In this document: positions 55,173-64,000 of the stretch, one piece after another
Layout of the letters: the number at the start of each line of letters is the position of its first letter
How positions within the stretch are numbered: the stretch's first letter is position 1
Origin: an uncultured virus (IMG/VR IMGVR_UViG_3300044911_002384)
Taxonomy: Duplodnaviria; Heunggongvirae; Uroviricota; Caudoviricetes
DNA length: 64,000 bases
IMG/VR virus record: IMGVR_UViG_3300044911_002384
Reading direction: 5' to 3' (one strand)
Made by a program: the position numbers and the translations under genes
Notes under the pieces: model-generated
Told to the model about the DNA's origin: nothing
Database searches by the model: none
What the model saw: the letters and a program-made list of their open reading frames with translations, nothing else

Positions 55173-55711
55173 TCTTCTCTAACCAATGCTTTCATTATCT
55201 TAATAGCCCATTGAAAAGCGACCTTTGCTTCGTCACCAAGGTCGTCTGTTAATTCAGCACGTATAGCAGTTTTTAAATTTTCCGCATCTTTGAATTGATA
55301 AAATCGACCTTGACCTGGACATTTCTTTGCAATGATTTGCCCACCAAATAAATCTCCCATATGGCGACAATATAAATGAGCTTTGATTAAATGTCTACGT
55401 TCTTGATCGTAATTTAAATCTAACAAATACTTGCAATAGCTAATGGTTTCAGGCAACCAAGTTAAATTATGATAAGGCCCTACTAATTCAATACAGTCTT
55501 GATAAATCTTATGTGCTCGTTCAATGTCAGGAAGATTTTTCAACATTCCTTGACTGTTAGCCGCAGTTTCGATACCATTATACACCAGTACCATTTGCCA
55601 AAGATAGTTAGCGTATTCTTCTTTAGTGAAAGAACCTGTAACTAGCTTTTTGGCAAATACTGTTCTTTCTGCATCTGAGTGCAAATCTTTAGTTATTTCT
55701 CGTAGACTCAT
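55169..55711 (-). CDS. Heme oxygenase
   Basis: LREITKDLHSDAE, AHLYCRHMGDLFGGQII, EAKVAF. Confidence 0.92.
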   Translation of the reverse strand: MSLREITKDLHSDAERTVFAKKLVTGSFTKEEYANYLWQMVLVYNGIETAANSQGMLKNLPDIERAHKIYQDCIELVGPYHNLTWLPETISYCKYLLDLNYDQERRHLIKAHLYCRHMGDLFGGQIIAKKCPGQGRFYQFKDAENLKTAIRAELTDDLGDEAKVAFQWAIKIMKALVREE

Positions 55712-56013
55712 TCTTCTTCTAATTTAATTTGTAAAGGAAACCCTTGAGATCTAGAAATTGAAGTTGCTTCGACTGCTTTTACTTCTGCAATTTCAAAAGT
55801 GTAAACTCCAGCAATTCCACTTCCTTCATTATGTATCTGCATTGTAATATCTTTAGCAGTATCTTGGCTGTGTTTAAATATTGTAGTTAATACGGAAATT
55901 ACAAAATCCATTGGAGTATAATCGTCATTTAACAAAATCACTTTCCAACGTTTTGGTTCTTGTATATTTTGTTTGATTTTTTCGTCAATTTTTACGTCGT
56001 GTTCTACAGACAT
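55708..56013 (-). CDS. clpS: Clp protease adaptor ClpS
   Basis: WKVILLNDDYTPMDFV, IHNEG, EIAEVK, GFPL. Confidence 0.95.
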   Translation of the reverse strand: MSVEHDVKIDEKIKQNIQEPKRWKVILLNDDYTPMDFVISVLTTIFKHSQDTAKDITMQIHNEGSGIAGVYTFEIAEVKAVEATSISRSQGFPLQIKLEEE

Positions 56014-56064
56014 GTTTAACTCCTGTGATGTTTATAAGGGGACATAAAGTCCCCTTGTATTATA

Positions 56065-56514
56065 TTACTTAACTTCTACAATGTCAATTACCCTGGCTTT
56101 CTTTTCTTCTGGAATAATGTATTCTAGATTAATAGTCAAGATACCATCTTTGATTTCAGCACCGTTAACAACCATGTGTTCTGCAAGTTGCCAACTTCTT
56201 ACAAAGCTTCTACTGCTTAGTCCACGATGTAAGTACTGTTTAACAGTATTTTCATTAGGTGTTTCTGATTCTCCCTTTACAGTTAGAATCTCTTGTTCAA
56301 CTTCGATACTAATTTCATTTTTCTTGAAACCTGCAATTGCTATTTCAATTTGATAATGAGTATCATCTGTTTTTATAATATTATGTGGAGGATAATTTGT
56401 TGATAGTTGATTTGCAAACCTTGTTTCAAAAGTATCAAATAATCTATCAAATCCTACCAATGCCTTATTCAAGGCCGTTGTATCAAAACGTGTTAAAGTT
56501 CCATTCATTGTCAT
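56065..56514 (-). CDS. Small heat-shock protein (Hsp20/IbpA-like)
   Basis: NYPPHNI, EIAIAGF, YLHRGLSSRSF, DGIL, IPEEKK. Confidence 0.95.
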   Translation of the reverse strand: MTMNGTLTRFDTTALNKALVGFDRLFDTFETRFANQLSTNYPPHNIIKTDDTHYQIEIAIAGFKKNEISIEVEQEILTVKGESETPNENTVKQYLHRGLSSRSFVRSWQLAEHMVVNGAEIKDGILTINLEYIIPEEKKARVIDIVEVK

Positions 56515-56520
56515 TTCTTT

Positions 56521-56572
56521 TCTCCTTTATTTAAGCAAGATAATAAAAATATTTGACCCAATGGCGTCAAAT
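56521..56572 (-). promoter_or_regulatory. ROSE-like RNA thermometer (hsp20)
   Basis: TCTTGCTT-AAATA-AAGGAGA: U(U/C)GCU opposite the SD, preceded by a hairpin. Confidence 0.65.
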
Positions 56573-56579
56573 ATAGTTC

Positions 56580-58457
56580 TTAAGCAGTTTCCTTAAATTC
56601 TGCATCTACTGCAACATCTTCGGAAGTTCCGCTTGAAGATTCCTTTTTACTTTTTGCAGTTGCAACTATTTGTTGTACTTCAAAAAGTGTAGTGATAGAT
56701 TCGTTAATTTTTTCCTTGTCTGATTCTGCACAAGCTTCTTCAGCTACTTTGCAAGCATCATTCACTTTGGTTTTTTCTTCTTCAGTAAGAAGAGTTTCAA
56801 CTTCTTTCATATCACTACGAATGTTATGTATAATACCTTCTGCATTATTTCGTGTTTCTATCAACTCTCGTTGTTTACGATCTTCGTCTGCATTGGCTTC
56901 GGCGTCCTTTACCATACGTTCAATTTCTTCTGGAGTTAATCCGCTATCGCTTTTAATGGTAATTTTATTTTCTTTACCTGTGTTCTTATCTTTGGCACTC
57001 ACGTGCATAATACCATTAGCATCTATATCCAATGTCACTTCAATCTGCGGCATGCCTCTACGTGCAGGAGCGATTCCTTCTAAATTAAATTCTCCTAACA
57101 ACTTATTGTAAGAAAACATTTCGCGTTCACCTTGTGCAACTTTAATAGTTACCGCAGGCTGATTATCTTCGGCTGTAGAAAATACCTGACTATGTTTTGT
57201 AGGTATAGTAGTATTCTTACTGATTAGTTTAGTAAAAATGCCTCCCATTGTTTCAATGCCTAGACTTAGTGGAGTCACATCTAATAACAGAACGTCTTTT
57301 CTATCTCCACCTAGAACTGCGCCTTGTACTGCTGCTCCAGCTGCAACTGCTTCATCTGGATTAACATCTTTACGTGGTGCTTTACCAAATAGTTTTTCAA
57401 CTTCTTCTTGCACTTTAGGCATACGTGTTTGCCCACCGACTAGAATAATTTCATCAATATCGGCAGCACTAACTTTTGCATCTTGCATTGCTTGACGACA
57501 AGGTGCTAAACTTCTTTGAATTAAGTCTTCTACTAAACTTTCTAATTTTGCTCTAGTTAATTTAAGATTTAGATGCTTAGGACCTGAAGCATCAGCAGTG
57601 ATATATGGAAGATTCACATCAGTTTGTGAACTGTTGGACAATTCAATTTTTGTACGTTCAGCTGCTTCTTTAAGACGTTGCAGTGCCATGACGTCTTTAC
57701 TAAGGTCAATACCTTGCTCTTTCTTAAATTCAGATACAAGATAATCCATAATTCTATTATCAAAGTCTTCGCCGCCAAGGAATGTATCGCCGTTGGTAGA
57801 AAGAACTTCGATTTGTTTATCTCCGTCGACGTTAGCGATTTCTATAATGCTGATATCGAAAGTACCGCCACCTAGATCATATACAGCAACTTTTCGATCA
57901 CGTTTATCTGTTTTATCGACGCCATAGGCTAGAGCTGCTGCGGTTGGTTCGTTAATAATACGCAGAACTTCTAGCCCTGCAATTTTTCCTGCATCTTTAG
58001 TAGCTTGACGCTGACTATCGTTGAAGTAAGCAGGTACAGTGATAACAGCCTGTGTTACTTCTTGCCCAAGATAGTCTTCTGCGGTTTTCTTCATCTTACG
58101 TAGTACTTCCGCTGAAACTTGTGGAGGAGCCAATTCTTTGCCATTAGCTCGTATCCAAGCATCTCCGTTAGTAGCCTCCATGATCTCGTAAGGCATTAAG
58201 TTGATATCTTTTTGTACAGCGTCTTCTTTAAATTTACGTCCGATAAGACGCTTTGATGCATGAATTGTATTTTTTGGATTAGTTACTGCTTGACGTTTGG
58301 CTGGTGCGCCGACTAGGATTTCTTCATTAGTATAAGCAACAATACTAGGTGTAGTTCTAGCACCTTCTGAATTTTCAATTACTTTGCTTATACCGTTTTC
58401 AATTATTGCTACACAACTATTAGTAGTACCCAAATCGATACCGATGATTTTGCTCAT
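56580..58457 (-). CDS. dnaK: Chaperone DnaK
   Basis: [40 protein letters not shown]. Confidence 0.98.
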   Translation of the reverse strand: MSKIIGIDLGTTNSCVAIIENGISKVIENSEGARTTPSIVAYTNEEILVGAPAKRQAVTNPKNTIHASKRLIGRKFKEDAVQKDINLMPYEIMEATNGDAWIRANGKELAPPQVSAEVLRKMKKTAEDYLGQEVTQAVITVPAYFNDSQRQATKDAGKIAGLEVLRIINEPTAAALAYGVDKTDKRDRKVAVYDLGGGTFDISIIEIANVDGDKQIEVLSTNGDTFLGGEDFDNRIMDYLVSEFKKEQGIDLSKDVMALQRLKEAAERTKIELSNSSQTDVNLPYITADASGPKHLNLKLTRAKLESLVEDLIQRSLAPCRQAMQDAKVSAADIDEIILVGGQTRMPKVQEEVEKLFGKAPRKDVNPDEAVAAGAAVQGAVLGGDRKDVLLLDVTPLSLGIETMGGIFTKLISKNTTIPTKHSQVFSTAEDNQPAVTIKVAQGEREMFSYNKLLGEFNLEGIAPARRGMPQIEVTLDIDANGIMHVSAKDKNTGKENKITIKSDSGLTPEEIERMVKDAEANADEDRKQRELIETRNNAEGIIHNIRSDMKEVETLLTEEEKTKVNDACKVAEEACAESDKEKINESITTLFEVQQIVATAKSKKESSSGTSEDVAVDAEFKETA

Positions 58458-58462
58458 GTTTT

Positions 58463-58527
58463 TCTCCTTAAATTAAGCAAGATTTTTGGACTCGTGTCCT
58501 TTGTACAACCCTTAAGGCGCTGCACAA
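58463..58527 (-). promoter_or_regulatory. ROSE-like RNA thermometer (dnaK)
   Basis: TCTTGCTT-AATTT-AAGGAGA preceded by two hairpins. Confidence 0.6.
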
Positions 58528-58533
58528 TCTTAT

Positions 58534-59115
58534 TTATCTCTGATTTGCCAGAGGTTGTATTAAATTTCCATTAAATTGTGTACTGCTCCTTAATCTTTGA
58601 AAAACGTTCTGTACTCCCACTGCTTGGTTCCACGCATCTTCTAAAGCATGATGTTTAAGTACCGGCGGTCTTTTTGGGTCAATGCCCAAATCAAACAACG
58701 TTCTAGTATCCCTAACTTCCCAAAAACTCCAAGGGATTGCCTTATTAAGTTTTCTAAAAATATTTTCACAAATAACAGTGTCAAAAGCGGCACCATGACT
58801 CCAAACACGTTTAGCTCCCCAACAAAATTTATACAATTGATTAAAGGCTTCTCTTACATGAATCCTGTCTTCTGTACTAAATGCTTCTTCTTGTGCTTCT
58901 TTACTCTGCTTACTCCACCATTCTAGAGTATCATTTGAAACATCTAATTCTAATTCGTCGCAACTGTCTATGTCTACTTTGACATAAAATTTTTCACAAC
59001 TAGGACTATCGAGTTCATTACTAAACGGATCAAATTTAACAGCTCCAATTGTCAATACTGCTGCATTAGGTGAGGTGGCAAGAGTCTCTAAATCTATCAT
59101 TATATCAGATAGCAT
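58534..59115 (-). CDS. DEDD 3'-5' exonuclease
   Basis: MIDLETL, WSHGAAFD, RDTRT, HHALEDA. Confidence 0.85.
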   Translation of the reverse strand: MLSDIMIDLETLATSPNAAVLTIGAVKFDPFSNELDSPSCEKFYVKVDIDSCDELELDVSNDTLEWWSKQSKEAQEEAFSTEDRIHVREAFNQLYKFCWGAKRVWSHGAAFDTVICENIFRKLNKAIPWSFWEVRDTRTLFDLGIDPKRPPVLKHHALEDAWNQAVGVQNVFQRLRSSTQFNGNLIQPLANQR

Positions 59116-59154
59116 AAAATCTTTCTAAAATTATATTATACAAAAAAAATTAAA

Positions 59155-59385
59155 TTAAAACAACTTTTTTGGCAATTGTTCTTTTTTTAATTTGTTTAAG
59201 AAACGAGCTCGACCTGCTGCTTTTTTACGTTTACGAGCTGTTGTTGGTTTTTCATAAAATTCTTTTTTTTGTAGAGTCTTTAATGTACCAGCTTCCTCTA
59301 CTTTGTTTTTTAATTTGCGTAAAGCTCTGTTTACATCGTCTCCATCTCTTAGCACTACTGTAGTTCCTTTTCTAGGCATCCTCAT
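59155..59385 (-). CDS. rpsU: Ribosomal protein bS21
   Basis: ALRKLKNKV, EFYEKPTTARKRKKAA. Confidence 0.88.
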   Translation of the reverse strand: MRMPRKGTTVVLRDGDDVNRALRKLKNKVEEAGTLKTLQKKEFYEKPTTARKRKKAAGRARFLNKLKKEQLPKKLF

Positions 59386-59773
59386 CCTCGTCGTCTTTAT
59401 CTAGAACTTCTAAAACCCAATCTAAATTATACATTCTATTTCTGCTTATTAAACTCCACGGTGTGATTTCATCTGTGGTATAATAGTAAGCATTAGATTG
59501 TGTTAGAATTAAGGAAACAAATAGTTTAGTAAGATCGTCACAATTATCAATGTCTACAACAATCCTATCGACACTTTGGCTCACTGACAATAACCAGTTG
59601 ATATCCGATTCAGCATCATCAAACACATATACATTTACATCTTCTCCAATCTTACTTAGAGTAGCTTGAAATTGCAGTTTGATTTTAGTAGACGGTTTGA
59701 CTAATAAGAATGATAAGTTCGAATTGTACAGTCTGTCAGGAGGTGTAATTAAGTTAATATTTGTTCCACTCAT
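59372..59773 (-). CDS. Hypothetical protein
   Basis: 133-aa ORF, LITPPD. Confidence 0.6.
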   Translation of the reverse strand: MSGTNINLITPPDRLYNSNLSFLLVKPSTKIKLQFQATLSKIGEDVNVYVFDDAESDINWLLSVSQSVDRIVVDIDNCDDLTKLFVSLILTQSNAYYYTTDEITPWSLISRNRMYNLDWVLEVLDKDDEDEDA

Positions 59774-59777
59774 ATAA

Positions 59778-61382
59778 CTACTTATTCTTTTTTTCCTGAA
59801 TCTTTTGCCACAATGAATCAGGGCTTTGTTCTGAATTTTGCTTGTAATTTAGATCATTAGATTCTTCAGTTTCCGCATCAAAATGTGCTACAGTTTCCCA
59901 AGGTAGTTTATCTATAAGGCCTCGTTCGTATAAAGAACGCTGACGCTTCAACGTATCGTGCGGATTAGATGCCTTCCATGCTCTACGAGCATCTGTATCT
60001 GCTTCCTCGTCTTCCTCGTCTATTACTCGTTGTGCCCATGTTTCTTCATTTTCTAGAACAGGAACACTGTTAATTAGATCCTGATCTAACTTGGCTTGTC
60101 CTTCTAATGGACGTACCATTGGAAACGGATATGGCTTTTCATATTCATTTAGATCTGCGATATCACTTGGCATTTCTGAATGCTCATCAACAGAGTCTTT
60201 AATTTGTTTGATTTGTTCTTCTGTTAAAGGACCGTCGTCTGGTTCGTAGTTATATCCATCTTCTTTTGGAATCTCTGATATCAGACGATTAGCTTCTTCG
60301 ATGTCTGCTTGATCGTCTTCGATATCTTGCAATTTAGCAATTACTCTTAGACGTTTAAAAAATTGCTCTGTTTCAGGATCGATTGTGCCATACAATCCAT
60401 CGACTACATCACACTCTTTATTAGGACAAAAAGGACCAATTCCTGGGGCATCCATAACTTCTGTCCTGCACTTAGGACAATGCGTTATTACTTCTTGGGG
60501 ATCTCCGGTAGCCACCACAGGATTGGTTCCACCACTATCTCCCACCACATGTACACTATTAAGTTCGGCATCAGTATTAGCATCTTGTTCCTCCTTGACT
60601 CGTCTGAAGTATTGAAAACTGTATTGACTAGACAATAATAGAACAACTGCTAACGGATCAAAAATAACAACAATCAAAATTATGACCCAACGAACTGCAC
60701 GTTCTAAAACATTTTGATCCGGATTATCGCCATACAGTAAAGCCGCAATGTATTTAATCGGCCCTACTTCAGCCTCTACCTTGCGTAACTCGCTAGCTAT
60801 TGGTGCCCGTTCTTGATTAAGAGCAGCGATTGTTTTTTGAGAACGTGCAATATCTGATTGCAGAGCAGTGCGTTCTTTGGCTTGATTGCGACGAATTTGT
60901 ACAGCACGTTCAGCACCACGTTCTGTATCGCTACGACCTAACATTTGATCAACTTGTGCATCCATTTGAGTCAATGCTCGTCTAGCCGCATCAATATTGT
61001 CACGTTCTGTTTTAATTTTCTCGTCTATAAGAGCGACTTTAGCAGCAACATCACCGGTAGGTACGGCCTGATCTAAATGTGCTTTCGACAAATAACCAAA
61101 AATTCCCATCGATGTAATTAACATCAAAATGGATACTGCTATAAGCAGGTAAGTTTTAATTAGTCTAGGAGCAATAAACCAATTCTGTTTCAACCAAACA
61201 GTGGCAACTAATTTACTAACTTCTAATACTATTCCCATAATGGCAATAGGTACAGCCGCGGCGGCAAAAATACTTATTAGGCCTGCGACAGAATACCAAA
61301 CAGCCACAGCAGAAATGGCAAGTCCGCTGAATAGAGCAAACCATGCAATACTTTTATCAGCAAATGTAATTTTCATAGTCAA
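59778..61382 (-). CDS. Membrane protein with coiled coil and acidic C terminus
   Basis: 3 N-terminal TMs, coiled coil, EVGPIKY, VIFDPLAV TM, CxxC...C..C motif. Confidence 0.65.
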   Translation of the reverse strand: MTMKITFADKSIAWFALFSGLAISAVAVWYSVAGLISIFAAAAVPIAIMGIVLEVSKLVATVWLKQNWFIAPRLIKTYLLIAVSILMLITSMGIFGYLSKAHLDQAVPTGDVAAKVALIDEKIKTERDNIDAARRALTQMDAQVDQMLGRSDTERGAERAVQIRRNQAKERTALQSDIARSQKTIAALNQERAPIASELRKVEAEVGPIKYIAALLYGDNPDQNVLERAVRWVIILIVVIFDPLAVVLLLSSQYSFQYFRRVKEEQDANTDAELNSVHVVGDSGGTNPVVATGDPQEVITHCPKCRTEVMDAPGIGPFCPNKECDVVDGLYGTIDPETEQFFKRLRVIAKLQDIEDDQADIEEANRLISEIPKEDGYNYEPDDGPLTEEQIKQIKDSVDEHSEMPSDIADLNEYEKPYPFPMVRPLEGQAKLDQDLINSVPVLENEETWAQRVIDEEDEEADTDARRAWKASNPHDTLKRQRSLYERGLIDKLPWETVAHFDAETEESNDLNYKQNSEQSPDSLWQKIQEKKNK

Positions 61383-61810
61383 TATTTATCGATGAATTTC
61401 CATGTTTTAGTGCTGTTATAATAACATGCAGTATCTTCAAAACTTTTTTCGTCAGCACCTAGACGAACCCAACTGTGTACACGTCGACAAATATTACCAT
61501 TACCAGGATAGGTATAAACTACTCTAGCTTTGCCTTGAGCATCAGTTCGATCATTAAACCATTCTACTGACTCTCCATTTTCAAGATTATTCAATGCATG
61601 ATAAACTGCATGTGAGTGTAGATTTTGATCTTGTGGTTTTAATTTTGTACCAAAAAATTTAGAAAGGTTATATGCCATACCCAGTAAAGAATCATTACTC
61701 ATCCAATGATTATTTACAGGTCCTTGCCAGCTTTGAGCATAGCTATTGGTACATACTAGGATGAGGCACAACTTCCCAAGTACCATCATATTTCTTACAT
61801 GCATAACCAC
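61379..61810 (-). CDS. Surface-antigen-like exported protein (17-kDa antigen type)
   Basis: ALNN..G..W.N, CRR, TAC, W. Confidence 0.55.
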   Translation of the reverse strand: MVMHVRNMMVLGKLCLILVCTNSYAQSWQGPVNNHWMSNDSLLGMAYNLSKFFGTKLKPQDQNLHSHAVYHALNNLENGESVEWFNDRTDAQGKARVVYTYPGNGNICRRVHSWVRLGADEKSFEDTACYYNSTKTWKFIDKY

Positions 61811-62084
61811 GCCTTTCTACTGGTCGATTGTTTAATGTAATAAAGTATTTGTATTCTCCACAGTCTTGTGCCATACCACTTTGAGCATGAAATAATCTAT
61901 CAACTTTATTGTCGTTGCACTTCATTACTTCTACTGTTTGGCCATCAACAGTTTTACCGGATTTATCTTTAACAATACGTGTTTCAGTTTTTATGTCACA
62001 GTACTGATCAGGTATGTTAGCTCGAGGAGTATAGGTAGTACAGCCTGATAGAGCTATACTACCTATTAACAAATAGCGTATCAT
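61743..62084 (-). CDS. Lipoprotein
   Basis: Lipobox LSGC. Confidence 0.7.
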   Translation of the reverse strand: MIRYLLIGSIALSGCTTYTPRANIPDQYCDIKTETRIVKDKSGKTVDGQTVEVMKCNDNKVDRLFHAQSGMAQDCGEYKYFITLNNRPVERRGYACKKYDGTWEVVPHPSMYQ

Positions 62085-62695
62085 TATTTGTTACGATTCT
62101 TAGTTTGGTTTAAAAGTTCACCAGCGACTTCGTTAACATTTTTGCCGGCATGCTTACGTTCACTACGTTCAACTCTGGCATCGTATTCCTTAGCCATAGC
62201 TTCTACATCTTTCTTGGTAATTTTCATTAACACGAAAGCACGGTAGTGAGCAGTGTCTGGATTATACACAATCATTTTCTTATCTACAGCATAAGTTCGA
62301 AGTACACTTTCTGCGATAAGATTAACAATTACGTCTTGACCTTGTTGAAATGCTTCTAGTTTTTCTGGCCCACCTTCTTCATCATAGATGATAGTAGTTC
62401 GATTGTTCATTTCTCCTGTAATGCGATCAAGAACTTTGGCCTTGGCTTTAAGCGTAGCTTTCTTTAGAGCCATTTCCATACTAGGACTGACATCTTCTGC
62501 TACTGCATAGAGATATCCTTCTTTGTCCCAAAACTTCCAACCATCTTTAGATTCTTTACCTACATCAGAATGTTCTAAATACCAATTAGGAACTTCACGT
62601 TTAGTTACATTTTCGGTACGTAATGGTTCCATACTGGTAGTGCCGCAAGCAGCAAGGATTGATGTTAACGAAACTACTACAAGAGCCTTTTTCAT
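62084..62695 (-). CDS. Lipoprotein (LPP20-like)
   Basis: Lipobox LAAC, VPNWY, A..KA...AK. Confidence 0.7.
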   Translation of the reverse strand: MKKALVVVSLTSILAACGTTSMEPLRTENVTKREVPNWYLEHSDVGKESKDGWKFWDKEGYLYAVAEDVSPSMEMALKKATLKAKAKVLDRITGEMNNRTTIIYDEEGGPEKLEAFQQGQDVIVNLIAESVLRTYAVDKKMIVYNPDTAHYRAFVLMKITKKDVEAMAKEYDARVERSERKHAGKNVNEVAGELLNQTKNRNK

Positions 62696-62742
62696 ATTTG
62701 CCTTTCAAAGTGTGTGTATAAAAGAAAACCTCTACAGTACCA

Positions 62743-62771
62743 AGTATACTGCAGAGGTTGGTAAATGTCAA
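62743..62771 (-). promoter_or_regulatory. sigma70 promoter
   Basis: TTGACA-N17-TATACT. Confidence 0.75.
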
Positions 62772-62781
62772 TGTATTTTGG

Positions 62782-63123
62782 TTATTTAAAAAATATCAGC
62801 ATCATTAAGACACTTTGAACGATAAATCCGAAACCAATAGTTGCTACATTTAACATGTCTTTTACAATGACTGCTTTTAAAAATAGCAGCGTCAATGCGC
62901 CCCAAGTTAGCAGAACTAAATCTACACTGGGCAGTCTATCTGTTAAACTCATACTAACTGCTATCAAACTAGGGATAGTAGCAGCATGTAACATAATATT
63001 GGCTAACCAAGCCATTGTTTCAGAACTAATAATGCCAATTTTTTTGGTTATAACAAATTTAGCATGTTCATATAAACGATTAAATCTTGACATTTCGATC
63101 CCTATAAAAAATGTGATTACCAA
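62782..63123 (-). CDS. Small membrane protein
   Basis: Three hydrophobic segments; start probably ~63093. Confidence 0.6.
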   Translation of the reverse strand: MVITFFIGIEMSRFNRLYEHAKFVITKKIGIISSETMAWLANIMLHAATIPSLIAVSMSLTDRLPSVDLVLLTWGALTLLFLKAVIVKDMLNVATIGFGFIVQSVLMMLIFFK

Positions 63124-63655
63124 TTACGCCAATTCTTTCTTTGCCCCAATTTGGATTGACATATACAGCATGAAAGTACATGGCATCTTTCATAGAACTT
63201 AATCTAAAGTTTTCTAAAAGAACTTTTTTAGCAACTTCATAACTTTCTTTATAAAGTTCAGGGTGCTTAATCCTTGGTCGGCCACCGTTTTCACAGTACC
63301 AACTAAATTGACAAACTACTTTTTCCATAAAAATAGTTTTTTGGTAAACTACTTGGCAAATATCGTTAGGAAAATTTGGATGCTTTGATCTATTCAAAGT
63401 TACCTGGGCCACTGCCACTTTTCCTTCAAACGACTCACTGCCTGATTCAAAATAAATGTTTCGAGCTAGACATTCTAGTTGACGCTCTCTATCTTTGAGA
63501 GCTACAAGTTCTCGATTTTTAGATTCGATTTTTGCTTGAGTAGCTAATTCAACTCTTTGATAATGGGCTATACGATTTTTAGTAATAGCCTGTATTGCTG
63601 ATCCTACTAAGAATACACCCAGCACGAGCATACCGATTCTTAGATATTTTTCCAT
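63080..63655 (-). CDS. Cell wall hydrolase (SleB/Hydrolase_2)
   Basis: CLARNIYFE, AVAQVTLNR, ICQVVYQ, CQFSW, IGNHIFY. Confidence 0.92.
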   Translation of the reverse strand: MEKYLRIGMLVLGVFLVGSAIQAITKNRIAHYQRVELATQAKIESKNRELVALKDRERQLECLARNIYFESGSESFEGKVAVAQVTLNRSKHPNFPNDICQVVYQKTIFMEKVVCQFSWYCENGGRPRIKHPELYKESYEVAKKVLLENFRLSSMKDAMYFHAVYVNPNWGKERIGVIGNHIFYRDRNVKI

Positions 63656-63776
63656 AGTTACATCCTCCTATTATATTAATGTGTATCGCTACACACCAGC
63701 AATCCAAAAAATATTAAAAATTGCTGTAGTTTGAAAAAATCAAAACGTTAAGTAGTTATCAAAGTACATAGAATCA

Positions 63777-64000
63777 TTATCTACGCATTTTGCTAATGTC
63801 TACTGCTTCTTCATCACTGAAGATAGGCACAGCATTACTTTTATGCATAGTGCCAATTCCTTTAACTTTAGTACCTGTGTAAACCTTTTGTTCAGGTTTA
63901 GTACAAGGGCCTCCAGTAAAAGGCAAACTAGGTATTTTGGGCTGATCCGAACCTCGATGAGCAACTTTTGGTGCCACATATACTGATGCAGACATAGCAC
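63777..64000 (-). CDS. Hypothetical phage protein, 3' part; may extend beyond window
   Basis: YTGTKVKGIGTMHKSNAVPIF...ISKMRR. Confidence 0.6.
   Translation of the reverse strand, partial: AMSASVYVAPKVAHRGSDQPKIPSLPFTGGPCTKPEQKVYTGTKVKGIGTMHKSNAVPIFSDEEAVDISKMRR

Noticed and set aside
1264..63202. Short ORFs antisense or out of frame within long genes (e.g. 1264, 6574, 9016, 10248, 38639, 39387, 41798, 56692, 57238, 60363, 62855)
   Set aside because: Shadow ORFs of well-supported genes
1..64000. CRISPR array, integrase, transposase or rRNA
   Set aside because: No regularly spaced direct repeats, recombinase or transposase motifs, or rRNA-like sequence seen
1..64000. Alternative genetic code (stop-codon reassignment) as in some jumbo phages
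   Set aside because: Conserved genes are full length in the standard code and no CTA, TTA or TCA anticodon tRNA was found
1..64000. Bacterial chromosome origin because of dnaK, clpP, fabZ and pstS
   Set aside because: These genes lack their usual operon partners (dnaJ/grpE, clpX, lpx, pstCAB) and sit among phage-type hypotheticals, an ATP-dependent ligase and a dense tRNA array; no capsid gene is in the window, so phage origin remains a strong inference

Overview
AT-rich, gene-dense segment of a large tailed dsDNA (jumbo/T4-like) bacteriophage genome, mostly transcribed on the minus strand and read with the standard bacterial code. The host is probably a proteobacterium; a pqqA of Methylophilaceae-like type points to a betaproteobacterial methylotroph (inference). 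Core host-takeover genes include DNA ligase, UvsE, ClpP, ClpS, DnaK, Hsp20, IF-1, bS21, KdsA, QueD, PstS plus a phosphate porin, rubrerythrin/DUF3501, heme oxygenase plus a bilin reductase, and a SleB-type hydrolase. A ~12.5 kb acyl-carrier-protein biosynthetic cluster encodes 2 ACPs, AcpS, FabZ, a ketosynthase, a Rieske oxygenase, a PP-loop enzyme, UbiB, desaturases and 2OG/cupin oxygenases. More desaturases, oxygenases and two B12 radical SAM genes are scattered downstream. An array of 26 tRNA/tRNA-like genes covers all 20 amino acids and includes several structurally aberrant members and interspersed structured RNAs. Directly upstream of the array are tandem sigma70 promoters, a 43-codon leader ORF and overlapping antiterminator/terminator hairpins, an apparent translation-sensing attenuator for the tRNA array; this is the top finding. 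The window also holds a permuted two-piece tmRNA with an ORF in its intervening segment, a candidate riboswitch before queD, and ROSE-like thermometers before dnaK and hsp20. All calls are by eye; no database searches were run.
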